A DNA stretch of 35,570 nucleotides from Bdellovibrionota bacterium (GCA_044352465.1 JBILDU010000020.1:1-35570), one strand, 5' to 3'; shown: positions 17,498 through 26,688, counted from the stretch's first letter. Notes: generated from the sequence alone by a model not told the origin. Made by a program: numbers and translations.

Positions 17498-19375
17498 ATG
17501 TCGATCCGCGGAGCCGTCGTCAGCTGTGTTGGTGCGGGATGTCTCGGTGTCGCGGGATATGAGGTTGCAGGTCTAGGGACGTTGGTGCTCCTATTCCTCC
17601 TCTGCGCGAGTCGATTTGATCGGGGGGTGCGTCGTCTCGAGGGGGTTCTGGATATTCCCATGGCGCAGCTATCGTCTGCTCGGGCGAATGGATGGGGTGT
17701 CCGAATGGGACTCATCGAGTCGGCGCTCCGGTACCTCAAGACGAAGAGTGAGGTGATATCGGTGCCCTCTCTTTATCGACGCGAAGCCGGACGGCGCGAT
17801 ACCCCGGATTCCCACTCTGAGGCGCAATTGTGGCCGCGGGCGCTGAGCGAAATCGGTGCCCTCAGCGGCGTGGCCGGAGCCGCGCTCATAACCTCCGCGG
17901 CTGGAGGTCGCCCCATCGTTCACGGTGCCCTAGGAGAGTCGAGTCGATTTCGTGGGGTGGTTGAGCGGCTTTACGGTGGTTATTTCTTCCATGGAGAGCC
18001 TCCCGAGGTGGGCGGCACCGACCGGGTGGTGCGTTGCTCCGTTTTCGGTGATTTCGCTCAGCTGGGTTATCGCTATTCGCTCGCCTATCCGTTTGGCTTT
18101 ACTCGAAATGGGGAGGTCTGGCGAGGACTCGTGTGGCTCGGGTTCGCCGCTCCTTGTCCGCCGCGAGAGAAGCATGTCGTCGTGGTGGAGAGCCTCGTCC
18201 GCCGATTGGAGGAGGACCTCCGGCTGCTTGAGGCAGTGCGCGGCGTCTCGGCGCGAGCGCGGCTCGCTGAGACCTCAAGCGCCCGTAAGTCAGAATTTTT
18301 AACCCAGGTGTCCCACGATATTCGGTCGCCGCTCCATAATATCCAAGCTGTTCTAGGGTGTCTTAAAGAGCAACTCTCGGACCCCCGTGCTCACGAACTT
18401 ATCGATACGGCGGCGCGAAACTGCGACGGTGTGGGCGAACTTGTCGAAGATGTTCTTGATTTCACCCGCTTCAAGGAGGGGCAGTTGCCGGTGCGGGCCG
18501 ATGAAGTCGGAGTTGTCGCGGTGGTTGAGGAGTTGGTGCGGCGTTTTACCGTGGCCGCTGCGGCAAAGGGGCTTGAGTTAGTTCGGAGTTACCCGAACAG
18601 CGAGCTCTTCGTGCGGGTCGATCGCCGCCACCTCAGACGGATCGTCTCCAACCTCGTCGGGAATGCGATTAAGTACACCGAGCGCGGCGCCGTGAGGATT
18701 GAGATAGCGCCTACCCATTCCCATGGCCTTATCAGAGTGCACGACACCGGCATCGGTATGTCTGAAGCTGAAGTCGCGGCGCTTTTTACACCGTTCAGCC
18801 GGTGTGGAGATAGGAGTATCGAAGGGATCGGGCTCGGCCTCTTTGTGACACGCGCGCTGGTTGAGCTCAACGGAGGCAGTGTCACCGTCTCTTCCACCCC
18901 TCATGTGGGCTCCGTTTTTTCCGTCTGCCTGCCTATTTCGGCGCCCCAAGCCGATATCTGCCCACATCCGACGGCGATCATACATACCCCCACGGACAAT
19001 TCGAGCGTTCGTCAGTTGGATACCCGCCCGACCGTACTGATCGTCGATGATGATCGCGATTCGTGTACAAGCCTGGCGCGTGCATTCTCGCGCTACCCAG
19101 TAGAAACGACGATAGCGACCTCGATTCCCGAGGCGATAAGCCTCTTTAACTTTTCCGCTCCCGATGTAGTCATCACCGATTTGGGGATGCCGTTAGGGGG
19201 CGGAGAACGTCTCCTCGAATACGTTCACTCGTGTGGGCGTGCGACCCAGCTGTACTGTCTGACGGGTGGAAGCGCCCCTCCCGCAGCGACCCGATTAAGA
19301 ATTAACGGTGTATTTCAAAAGCCGGTCGATGTCAGTGAGCTCTGGCGTTCAATCCTCGTTACTGCGGCGCCATAG
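17498..19375 (+). CDS. Membrane-anchored hybrid sensor histidine kinase
   Basis: H box SHDIRSPL, N box NLVGNAIKYT, G1 HDTGIGM, F box LFTPF, G2 GIGLGL; C-terminal receiver (IVDDD, TDLGMP, QKP). Likely ATG at 17498. Confidence 0.92.
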   Translation: MSIRGAVVSCVGAGCLGVAGYEVAGLGTLVLLFLLCASRFDRGVRRLEGVLDIPMAQLSSARANGWGVRMGLIESALRYLKTKSEVISVPSLYRREAGRRDTPDSHSEAQLWPRALSEIGALSGVAGAALITSAAGGRPIVHGALGESSRFRGVVERLYGGYFFHGEPPEVGGTDRVVRCSVFGDFAQLGYRYSLAYPFGFTRNGEVWRGLVWLGFAAPCPPREKHVVVVESLVRRLEEDLRLLEAVRGVSARARLAETSSARKSEFLTQVSHDIRSPLHNIQAVLGCLKEQLSDPRAHELIDTAARNCDGVGELVEDVLDFTRFKEGQLPVRADEVGVVAVVEELVRRFTVAAAAKGLELVRSYPNSELFVRVDRRHLRRIVSNLVGNAIKYTERGAVRIEIAPTHSHGLIRVHDTGIGMSEAEVAALFTPFSRCGDRSIEGIGLGLFVTRALVELNGGSVTVSSTPHVGSVFSVCLPISAPQADICPHPTAIIHTPTDNSSVRQLDTRPTVLIVDDDRDSCTSLARAFSRYPVETTIATSIPEAISLFNFSAPDVVITDLGMPLGGGERLLEYVHSCGRATQLYCLTGGSAPPAATRLRINGVFQKPVDVSELWRSILVTAAP

Positions 19376-19401
19376 CCCTACTTGATTCTGTCTGGATAGA
19401 A

Positions 19402-20268
19402 TCACTCGAGCTCCGGAGCGACCTCTTGTAAAAACTGCCGATTTAAGGGGTTTGCAAGATTCGTAAATACGCTCGTGTCTCCAGCGTCGCACGAATCGAG
19501 AGTTCCCGAGGAGACGAGCCCGACAAGCTGAAGACGCTGAGTCGCCGCTCCGAAGGTAAACGCCGGTCCGCCCGAATCCCCCCGGCACGTATTGGCCGTA
19601 GCGCCGTTATAAAATGCGTCGATGTACAGATCGGAGACCGCGGAGACGTTCATCGTTCCTGCGGAGAGTGGTGCTGTCAGAGGGGGCTCGCTCTCTTCTA
19701 CGGTGGTGCGGCCATACCCAAAGATATACACGGTCTCTCCCAGCGCTGGTGTCGGGCCCAAAGCCACGGGAACGACGGAGATCTCGAGCGGCGGCTCTAC
19801 GATACCGATGGCGAGATCGTGTTCGAAACGATTATCGATAAATCGTGCGTTTGGATGGGAGGTGACGCTGACGATATCGCTCGATGAGCCACCGGCGGTG
19901 ACCGTCGCACGAAAAACAAATTCATCAAAGCAGTGCGCAGCGGTCAGTATCTTGTTTGGTGAGAGCACGACCGCGCTGCAGGTAAGGGCGTTGTCTTCCT
20001 CGTCGAACAGTTTGAGGCGAGCAACCGTGGGCTCAAGTGGGGGACAGGGCGCACCGTTAATAATCTTTTGTAGCCCCCTTTCCTCCGTGCAGAGCTCGCT
20101 GAGTGAGGGCGGGGGGCTCTCGGCTCCCCCACCACACCCAGCGAGTATCGGAGCGAGGGTCATAAAAAGAAACGACAACACTGCCGTTTTTTCACCCAAG
20201 AGCTTTCGATGCATTTGGGGCCTATCAGGGTTCGTAACTTGATCGGCCATTCCTTTCTTCTTGCGCAT
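19402..20268 (-). CDS. Trypsin-like (S1) serine protease, probable lipoprotein
   Basis: LAGC lipobox, IING activation site, LTAAHC, HDLAI, CRGDSGGP. True start may be the ATG at 20214. Confidence 0.9.
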   Translation of the reverse strand: MRKKKGMADQVTNPDRPQMHRKLLGEKTAVLSFLFMTLAPILAGCGGGAESPPPSLSELCTEERGLQKIINGAPCPPLEPTVARLKLFDEEDNALTCSAVVLSPNKILTAAHCFDEFVFRATVTAGGSSSDIVSVTSHPNARFIDNRFEHDLAIGIVEPPLEISVVPVALGPTPALGETVYIFGYGRTTVEESEPPLTAPLSAGTMNVSAVSDLYIDAFYNGATANTCRGDSGGPAFTFGAATQRLQLVGLVSSGTLDSCDAGDTSVFTNLANPLNRQFLQEVAPELE

Positions 20269-20382
20269 ATCAATCGGTCGAGAGACAATCAGAGTCTCGC
20301 ATAATAAAGGGTGTTTGAGGTTTCCCCTACGGTGATTTTTGGGGACGAACGCAGAAAAATCGTTAAAGGAGCTGGTGTCGAC

Positions 20383-20880
20383 ATGAAAATGTTTTTAAAA
20401 GGTGTTCTTTTTGTTGTGGCGCTGAGCGGTTTTGTAGGGGTGGCTGAAGCCGATCTCGCGAGTGTGTGTCCGACGATTAAATCGATCACGAACCGAAGCG
20501 CGCTGGGGGTGACCGTTCAGTATAAGAATAATCAGGTGCAGCGCACCGGTGGGGTGGGTACGCCGATTACCTTTTTTAAACGTAATCCTACCATCATTGA
20601 GACTCGAGGGCGGCGCACTTTTAAGAACTCACGAGCCACGATCTACGACAAAGATGGTAAGGCGATTTGCACCAGCGCTCCCCGTCAGGGATGTTCGGTA
20701 ACTCGGGGGGAGTGTCTCGGTCGGTATAAATTTGATTGTGCGACTTCGAGTGTCCGCCGGGCGACGAGCAACGGTGGCGCTTTTATCAAGGTCAGCTCAA
20801 ATCTTTGTGTCGCCGTGCCGAACGCAGGGAAGTGTTACAACGTGAAGGTCCGCGACCTGTGTGACGGGCGCCAGTTGTAG
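20383..20880 (+). CDS. Secreted, basic, 8-cysteine protein of unknown function
   Basis: AAGGAG upstream of ATG 20383; signal peptide MKMFLKGVLFVVALSGFVGVAEA; 8 Cys in the mature part; followed by a terminator. Confidence 0.8.
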   Translation: MKMFLKGVLFVVALSGFVGVAEADLASVCPTIKSITNRSALGVTVQYKNNQVQRTGGVGTPITFFKRNPTIIETRGRRTFKNSRATIYDKDGKAICTSAPRQGCSVTRGECLGRYKFDCATSSVRRATSNGGAFIKVSSNLCVAVPNAGKCYNVKVRDLCDGRQL

Positions 20881-20909
20881 CTCTGAATCTATTGCGACTC
20901 TTGTAATAG

Positions 20910-20941
20910 GCGCGCCCCGATTCGAGGGGCGCGCTTTTTTT
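20910..20941 (+). terminator. Intrinsic terminator
   Basis: GCGCGCCCC-GATTCGA-GGGGCGCGC followed by TTTTTTT. Confidence 0.88.
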
Positions 20942-21067
20942 GTGCCTTTTTTGTACCGCTGGTAGGAGGCCAGTGAAATGGGGCCTCTGCTCGTGCGCTG
21001 AGTAGAGGATAAACGCCCTGGTAACACCGGACCAGGAACTTTAAATGAGTGGCCGAATTTAAGGGAA

Positions 21068-21625
21068 CTACACCGCCTTATGGAGCCCGGTGTCGATGGT
21101 GTCCCCCAGGAGCTCGGGGAGCTCCGGGTGAGGTTGGGCTCCACCGTGCTGCGCCGCGATCTGTTGACGCGAGCGGTGAATGTTCCTTTGAAGATGCATC
21201 AATGCATCGAGCACCGTCTCTGGTCGGGGTGGGCAGCCGGGGATGTACATATCAACCGGGATAATCTTATCTATTCCCGCCACCGTGGTGTAATTGTCGT
21301 AGAACCCCCCAGACGAGGCGCACGCCCCGAACGCGACCACCCACTTCGGCTCCGCCATCTGTTCGTAGACCCGCAGGAGAACGGGCGCGAGCTTGTGGGT
21401 TATCGTGCCGACGACGAAGAGGAGGTCGGACTGGCGCGGGGTAAAGCGCGGTAGCGCTGCGCCAAAGCGGTCGGTGTCGTAGTGTGAGCAGCTCACCGCC
21501 ATGAATTCCATCCCGCAGCATGCCGTCACAAACGGGTATGAAAACAGTGAGTATTTTCTCGCCCACCCAATCGCGGACTCAAGGGTTGTGAGGAGGTAGG
21601 GGGACTCGTCGGCGCGTGGTGACAT
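21068..21625 (-). CDS. nuoB: NADH-quinone oxidoreductase subunit B
   Basis: TACCGMEFM, PRQSDL, YEQMAEPKWV, GACASSGG, YIPGCPPRPE (all four Fe-S cysteines). Confidence 0.95.
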   Translation of the reverse strand: MSPRADESPYLLTTLESAIGWARKYSLFSYPFVTACCGMEFMAVSCSHYDTDRFGAALPRFTPRQSDLLFVVGTITHKLAPVLLRVYEQMAEPKWVVAFGACASSGGFYDNYTTVAGIDKIIPVDMYIPGCPPRPETVLDALMHLQRNIHRSRQQIAAQHGGAQPHPELPELLGDTIDTGLHKAV

Positions 21626-21671
21626 GGTTTGTCTGCTCTTAAAATCGGGCTTGCTGACCCTTTTTCCACTG

Positions 21672-21701
21672 ATTATAGAAACGCCCCCTTTTAATTGTCA
21701 A
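21672..21701 (-). promoter_or_regulatory. Consensus sigma70 promoter of nuoB
   Basis: Minus strand reads TTGACA (21701-21696), an 18-nt spacer, then TATAAT (21677-21672). Confidence 0.75.
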
Positions 21702-21788
21702 AACGAATAATTCTTGGGGTTTAATTAGGGCTCGAGCCCCCTGAGAATCCTCAGAAAATAGCCTGCTCAGCGGCCTTCCGCGGAGAGC

Positions 21789-22760
21789 TCAGTTTGTGGC
21801 TTTTTTCGAACGTCGCTCGGTGTGGAGCGAAGCTAAAACGCCTATCCCCAAGAGGCCACCGATCACCACCAGCGATAGCTCTGGGGAGATATGGATATGT
21901 CCGGTGAGGGTCATCTTTAGCCCTACGAAGAAAAGCACCGCGACGAGGCTCGCTTTCAGGTATTTCACCCGGTCCATAAAAGCTGCCAGAGCGAAGTAGA
22001 GCGAACGGAGATTTAAGATCGCGAAGATATTCGAGGTAAAGACGATGAAGGGGTCGCTGGTGATAGCGAATACGGCCGGGATTGAGTCCACCGCGAAGAG
22101 TACGTCGGTGCTTTCGATGATAAGTAACACGAGAAAAAGCGGGGTGATCGCCCGCCGGCCATCGATTCGGGTGAAGAACTTCTCCCCATCAAGTTGGCTG
22201 CTCACGGGATAAAGTCGCTTCGCGAGACGAAAGAGGATGTTGTGTTCCGGGTTCAGATCCATCTCTTTGGCGAGCATGATCTTCATTGCGGCGTAAATCA
22301 GTAGCGCCCCGAATACATAGTGAATCCATGAAACATGGCGAATGAGCGCGACACCGAGCGCGATCATCACTCCCCGCATTATCAGCGCTCCTAAAATTCC
22401 CCAGAACAGAACGCGGTGTTGGAATTGGAGCGGCACTTTAAAATACGAAAAGATGAGCGCGATGACGAAGACGTTATCGAGGCTTAAACTTTGCTCGATA
22501 AGCCATCCGGTAAAAAACTGAAGCGCAGCCTGTTGTCCGGTAAGGGGGTTGTTTGGATCGGTTCCGAGTCCGAAGAGTTGGACGGAGTACATCCACCAGA
22601 GGAGTGCGTTAAAAAGAAGCGCCAGGACCACGCATACCCCGGTCCATCGCAGCGCTTCGCTCGCGGAGATTACTCGGGGTCCCTTATGAAAAGCTCCAAG
22701 ATCGAGGGCGAGCATGAAGAGCACGAAGGCGATAAAACCGATCCAGAGGAAAGCAATCAT
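21789..22760 (-). CDS. TerC family membrane protein, Alx-like
   Basis: LALDLG, EQSLSLDNVFV, QHRVLFWGILGALIMR, DVLFAVDSIPA, FTSNIFAILNLRSLYF. Confidence 0.92.
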   Translation of the reverse strand: MIAFLWIGFIAFVLFMLALDLGAFHKGPRVISASEALRWTGVCVVLALLFNALLWWMYSVQLFGLGTDPNNPLTGQQAALQFFTGWLIEQSLSLDNVFVIALIFSYFKVPLQFQHRVLFWGILGALIMRGVMIALGVALIRHVSWIHYVFGALLIYAAMKIMLAKEMDLNPEHNILFRLAKRLYPVSSQLDGEKFFTRIDGRRAITPLFLVLLIIESTDVLFAVDSIPAVFAITSDPFIVFTSNIFAILNLRSLYFALAAFMDRVKYLKASLVAVLFFVGLKMTLTGHIHISPELSLVVIGGLLGIGVLASLHTERRSKKATN

Positions 22761-22927
22761 CGTTGGATTTGTGAGCTAAACATGGAGCATTAAAAATGCG
22801 CTGGAGTACCGATTCTTTCTCGTTAGGGGAGCGAATTCAAGGCCGTTTTCGCTGCGGAGATACGATAAAAATGCGCCTATGACCTCGTCACCATGTTTGA
22901 TAGTATCGCGCCCGTTAGGAGCGAGCT

Positions 22928-23344
22928 ATGAACGAACCTCTCCCGCCGAGACGCCAGAGTCCCCTTGCTTTCATCGATTTGGGATTCCTCGCCACCTTTG
23001 CGATCCTCATATTTGTCGGTGTCTTGGCGGGCAAATCGCCTGCTCAGATTTTGCCGAGTCCGCTTCCTCCGAACGGAGAATTGCTTTTCCTCGGTCTGGG
23101 AGGGCTTGCGATCTTACTCGCTCCTCGGATAGCGCGGGGAAAGATGTTTTCTGGGCGTGGCGGAGAGCCGGCCAAGTTTTTTCGAGGACTGATTCGGAAC
23201 GTCATCACTGAATTCGGGGTGATCCTTGGGTTTATTGTTTCTTATATAACGCGCGAGCCGTGGCCTGTCGTTGTGCTTGGGGTGATGGGTATGATCTCAA
23301 CCGTTATCGCGATGCGTTCGACTGAGTCGGGTGGGGAGTCGTAG
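22928..23344 (+). CDS. Hypothetical small membrane protein (~4 TM)
   Basis: AGGAG upstream of ATG; four hydrophobic segments. Confidence 0.7.
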   Translation: MNEPLPPRRQSPLAFIDLGFLATFAILIFVGVLAGKSPAQILPSPLPPNGELLFLGLGGLAILLAPRIARGKMFSGRGGEPAKFFRGLIRNVITEFGVILGFIVSYITREPWPVVVLGVMGMISTVIAMRSTESGGES

Positions 23345-23411
23345 CGCTGTCGCACGAAAAGCCCGCAACACCATTTCAGAAATAGGCCGGCGCCCCTTTT
23401 AAAAGCCACTT

Positions 23412-24248
23412 TTAGATCGAAACCTGCTGCCCCAGGGCGAACTGCCCCCGTTCATCTCGGACAACTCGGCCCGCCGCAACCGCGGGATCGTGTTGAAAAA
23501 CCACGATCGCGTTCCTGGCGACACAGTTTGCGAGGAAAGCCTCTTTCTCCTTCAGAATCGTCTCGGCGCAGATGTCGTACCCCATATGGAACGGAACGGG
23601 GAGGTGGTGGGTGGTCGGTATCAAATCGGTCGGGAAGACGAGTGAGGTCCCACCGTCGCGGAGCTCGACCGTTTGTTGCCCCCGGGTATGGCCGTTGAAG
23701 GTATGTACCCAAAGGTCGGGGAAAATCTCGGTTTCCCCCTCAAGGAGGTGAAGCTTGGCGCTCTGTAGGATCGCGCAGTTCTCTTTGAGATAGCTCGCCC
23801 GTTCTTTGATGTTCGGGTTGGCCGCGTTCTCAAAGTTGGCTTTTTGCACATGCACCGTTGCTTGCGGGTATACGAGTTCGAGTTCGTCGGTGGAACCGCT
23901 TTTGTACCGTGAGATTCCCCCCGCATGGTCAAAGTGGAGATGGGTAAGGATGATATCGGTGATCAGTTCCGGATTAACGCCGAGTTCGTTCGTCGGGGTG
24001 TTGCGTATCCCGAAAATAGCGCGTTGCTTGTCGGTCCACTTTTCGCCGATCCCGACATCAACCAGGATCGTTCGGCCGTCACCCTCGATAAGCAGAGAGC
24101 GCAGCGCGAGCGGGATGCAATTTTCGGCATCACCGGCGATTTTTTTCGACCAGAGATTTTTGGGTACCGAGCCGAACATCGCCCCACCATCGAGGCGAAA
24201 TGAGCCGAAATCAACCAGGGAAACACGAAATCGCCCGAAGTGTATCAT
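23412..24248 (-). CDS. Metallo-beta-lactamase fold hydrolase (YtnP-like)
   Basis: LDGGAMFGSVPK, THLHFDHAGG, GHTRGQQ, MGYD, FQHDP. Confidence 0.9.
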   Translation of the reverse strand: MIHFGRFRVSLVDFGSFRLDGGAMFGSVPKNLWSKKIAGDAENCIPLALRSLLIEGDGRTILVDVGIGEKWTDKQRAIFGIRNTPTNELGVNPELITDIILTHLHFDHAGGISRYKSGSTDELELVYPQATVHVQKANFENAANPNIKERASYLKENCAILQSAKLHLLEGETEIFPDLWVHTFNGHTRGQQTVELRDGGTSLVFPTDLIPTTHHLPVPFHMGYDICAETILKEKEAFLANCVARNAIVVFQHDPAVAAGRVVRDERGQFALGQQVSI

Positions 24249-25114
24249 GTTGGCTCGTTCCCAATTTTAAAAAATCGAAGGGCGTTCGCTGTGGTAACGC
24301 GGGCCACCTCTTCGAGCGAGATTCCCTTGATCTGAGCCACCATCTCCGCGGTCTTTACCATAAAGCTCGATTCGCACCGTTTACCCCGATGAGGCTCCGG
24401 TGCAAGGTATGGAGCATCGGTCTCAAGCATAATCTGATCAAGCGGTGTTCCCGCCACTGCCTCCCGAATGTTCTGGGATTTTTTGAAGGTAACGATTCCG
24501 GGGATTGAAATCATGAAGTTAATTTTGCGGAGCGCAGCGGCGAATTCGGCCGATTCAGAATAGCAATGAAAAACCCCGCCGATCTGGTGAGCATCGTTCT
24601 CAATAAGTAGCTGAAGACACTCTGGCCCAGCGTTACGGGAGTGGATGATCAGAGGTTTGTGCAGCTCCTGAGCGAGAGCGACTTGCGTCTTAAACCAACG
24701 CGCTTGGTCAGTCTTCGGTGCAAAGTCGTAAAAAAAATCGAGTCCGGTTTCGCCGATTGCAACTGCACGGGGGTGCTGGGCTAGTTGTCGCAGGTCGGCC
24801 TGGTGGCGCTCAAAGCTCTCCTCCGATTCGATGCGCGCATCGTGAGGATGAACCCCTACGGAGGCCCAGATAAAAGGCGAGCTCTCGGCGAGTTTTAAAG
24901 CTTGGGGTGCCGAGGCGAGCGGAGTTCGGAGCGGGTTCATGTCGGCTCCGCTCGGTGCTTTTGAACTTTCCGGGGTCGGTGCCGCCGGCCCAGCGCCTGC
25001 GCCGATGGACACGAAGCGGGTGACTCCTGCCGCTCGAGCGCGCGCCAGTACGTCCGCACGGTCGGTGTCGAATACCGCGCTATCGAGGTGGATATGGGTA
25101 TCGAATAATTCCAC
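24245..25114 (-). CDS. tatD: TatD family deoxyribonuclease
   Basis: DTHIHL, GVHPH, IGETGLD, IIHSR, GVFHCY, LETDAPYLAP. Confidence 0.93.
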   Translation of the reverse strand: MELFDTHIHLDSAVFDTDRADVLARARAAGVTRFVSIGAGAGPAAPTPESSKAPSGADMNPLRTPLASAPQALKLAESSPFIWASVGVHPHDARIESEESFERHQADLRQLAQHPRAVAIGETGLDFFYDFAPKTDQARWFKTQVALAQELHKPLIIHSRNAGPECLQLLIENDAHQIGGVFHCYSESAEFAAALRKINFMISIPGIVTFKKSQNIREAVAGTPLDQIMLETDAPYLAPEPHRGKRCESSFMVKTAEMVAQIKGISLEEVARVTTANALRFFKIGNEPT

Positions 25115-25120
25115 AACGTA

Positions 25121-25543
25121 TCAGCGAACGACCGATCCTGGGGGGATAGAGCTCGGCTCAAGGATGCAGAGCTGACTGCCGTCGTCGCTCGAGGCTGCGA
25201 GAAGCATCCCCGCGCTTTCAAGCCCCATCAGCTTCGCTGGCTTTAAGTTTGCAACAACAACGATATGCTTTCCAATGAGCGACTCCGGTGTATAAAACTT
25301 GGCGATACCGGAGAGAATCTGTCGTTTGCCGAGCGGCCCAAGGTCGAGCTGGAGCTTCAGCATCTTCGTCGATTTCGGTACGGCTTCGGCACTTTCGATG
25401 CGAGCCACTCGAAGTTTCACCTTCATGAAATCGTCGATCGAGATCAGCTCTTCAGCCACGGCGGAGGGACTCTCAGCGGCCACAATTGGCGGGATGGGTG
25501 GTGTCGCTGGGGTATTTTCGGCAGGTGGCTTTGTCTCTTCCAT
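25121..25543 (-). CDS. Stand-alone tRNA-binding OB domain (MetRS C-terminal/Trbp111-like)
   Basis: ISIDDFMKVKLRVA, RQILSGIA, VANLKPAKLMGLESAGMLLAA; no MetRS catalytic domain upstream. Confidence 0.9.
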   Translation of the reverse strand: MEETKPPAENTPATPPIPPIVAAESPSAVAEELISIDDFMKVKLRVARIESAEAVPKSTKMLKLQLDLGPLGKRQILSGIAKFYTPESLIGKHIVVVANLKPAKLMGLESAGMLLAASSDDGSQLCILEPSSIPPGSVVR

Positions 25544-25558
25544 AGGGCACTCTGAGAT

Positions 25559-26551
25559 TTAGTAATTTATGACTGAGTGAAGCAACGTACCACCGTTTGC
25601 GAGGGTCGTAAACGAACCGAGCTCGGGCGCTCCAGCGAGATGGAGAAAGGTAAAATGAAGCACGTACGCTGGGCTCAGGTTGCGCTCGGAGATAGCGTGC
25701 TGAGCGGTTAATACGTTCGTCAGAAAAGTAGCCCACGCCGAGCTGTCAGCGGGGGAAGCGGCCCGATGAAGCTCCTTGCGGGCGACAATCCGCATTAAGA
25801 GCAGCGCTACAGGGATATCCTCCTTTTTCTTGGCGAGAGCCTGCGAGAGCTCGTGGGCGAGGTAGGGATCTCCGCTCCGAATACGGATTAGTTTGTCTCT
25901 CAGATCTCGCCAGAGGGGAAGGTGCTCCCGCAGCACCGCGATGTTCGAAAGCGAGCCGTCAGCGAGTGTCACCAGCTCAGCGGTTGTCATCGGAGTATCG
26001 TTCTCCGTTTTCGTCTCGGGATATCGCTCGATGTAGCTTTTCACCGCCTCATCTGAGAGTTGGTCAAAGAACGTCACCTGGCAGCGCGAGAGCAGGGTTG
26101 GAGGGAGTTCAGCCGGATTCGCTGAAACGAGTATAAAGTAGGTGTCTGGGCGGGGCTCCTCAAGCTGCTTTAAGAGGATATTGGCTGTTTGGGTGGACAT
26201 CGCCTCGGCGTCGTTAAAAATGACGATCCGACGGGAGCCCGCGAACGATTTCAAGTTCAGCGAATACAGGAGCTCACGGATAGCTCCCACGTTCGCGGCT
26301 TCGCTATCGGCGCATTCGATGACGCGCAGGTCGGGATGATTGTCGTGAGTGACCAACCGGCACGGATGACACTTCTCGCACCCTCCGAATTCAGCGTTCT
26401 CGCATAGCAGTGAGCGCGCGAGAAGCTTTGCTATCCGTTGCTTTCCGATCCCGGTTGGGCCCGCAAACATCGCGGTCGTGGGGAGCTTCCCGGCTGCAAA
26501 AAGCCGCGCAAACGAGTTCAGCTGTGTGGTGTGCCCGACGATGTCCGACAT
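25559..26551 (-). CDS. holB: DNA polymerase III subunit delta'
   Basis: GPTGIGK, Zn module C...CEKCHPC, HPDL, NILLKQLEEP, TLLSRC; follows tmk. Confidence 0.92.
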   Translation of the reverse strand: MSDIVGHTTQLNSFARLFAAGKLPTTAMFAGPTGIGKQRIAKLLARSLLCENAEFGGCEKCHPCRLVTHDNHPDLRVIECADSEAANVGAIRELLYSLNLKSFAGSRRIVIFNDAEAMSTQTANILLKQLEEPRPDTYFILVSANPAELPPTLLSRCQVTFFDQLSDEAVKSYIERYPETKTENDTPMTTAELVTLADGSLSNIAVLREHLPLWRDLRDKLIRIRSGDPYLAHELSQALAKKKEDIPVALLLMRIVARKELHRAASPADSSAWATFLTNVLTAQHAISERNLSPAYVLHFTFLHLAGAPELGSFTTLANGGTLLHSVINY

Positions 26552-26688
26552 AAGGCTGAAATTCTACACCCATTTTTGAGCGGAGGGGAGTTTTTTCGCC
26601 CTGATTTCAGGGGTTGGAGCTGGATTAACACTCGGAAAAAGCCCGTTATGAGTCTTTTTGAAGCTTGGAGGGTGTCTCTTGTGAGTTC

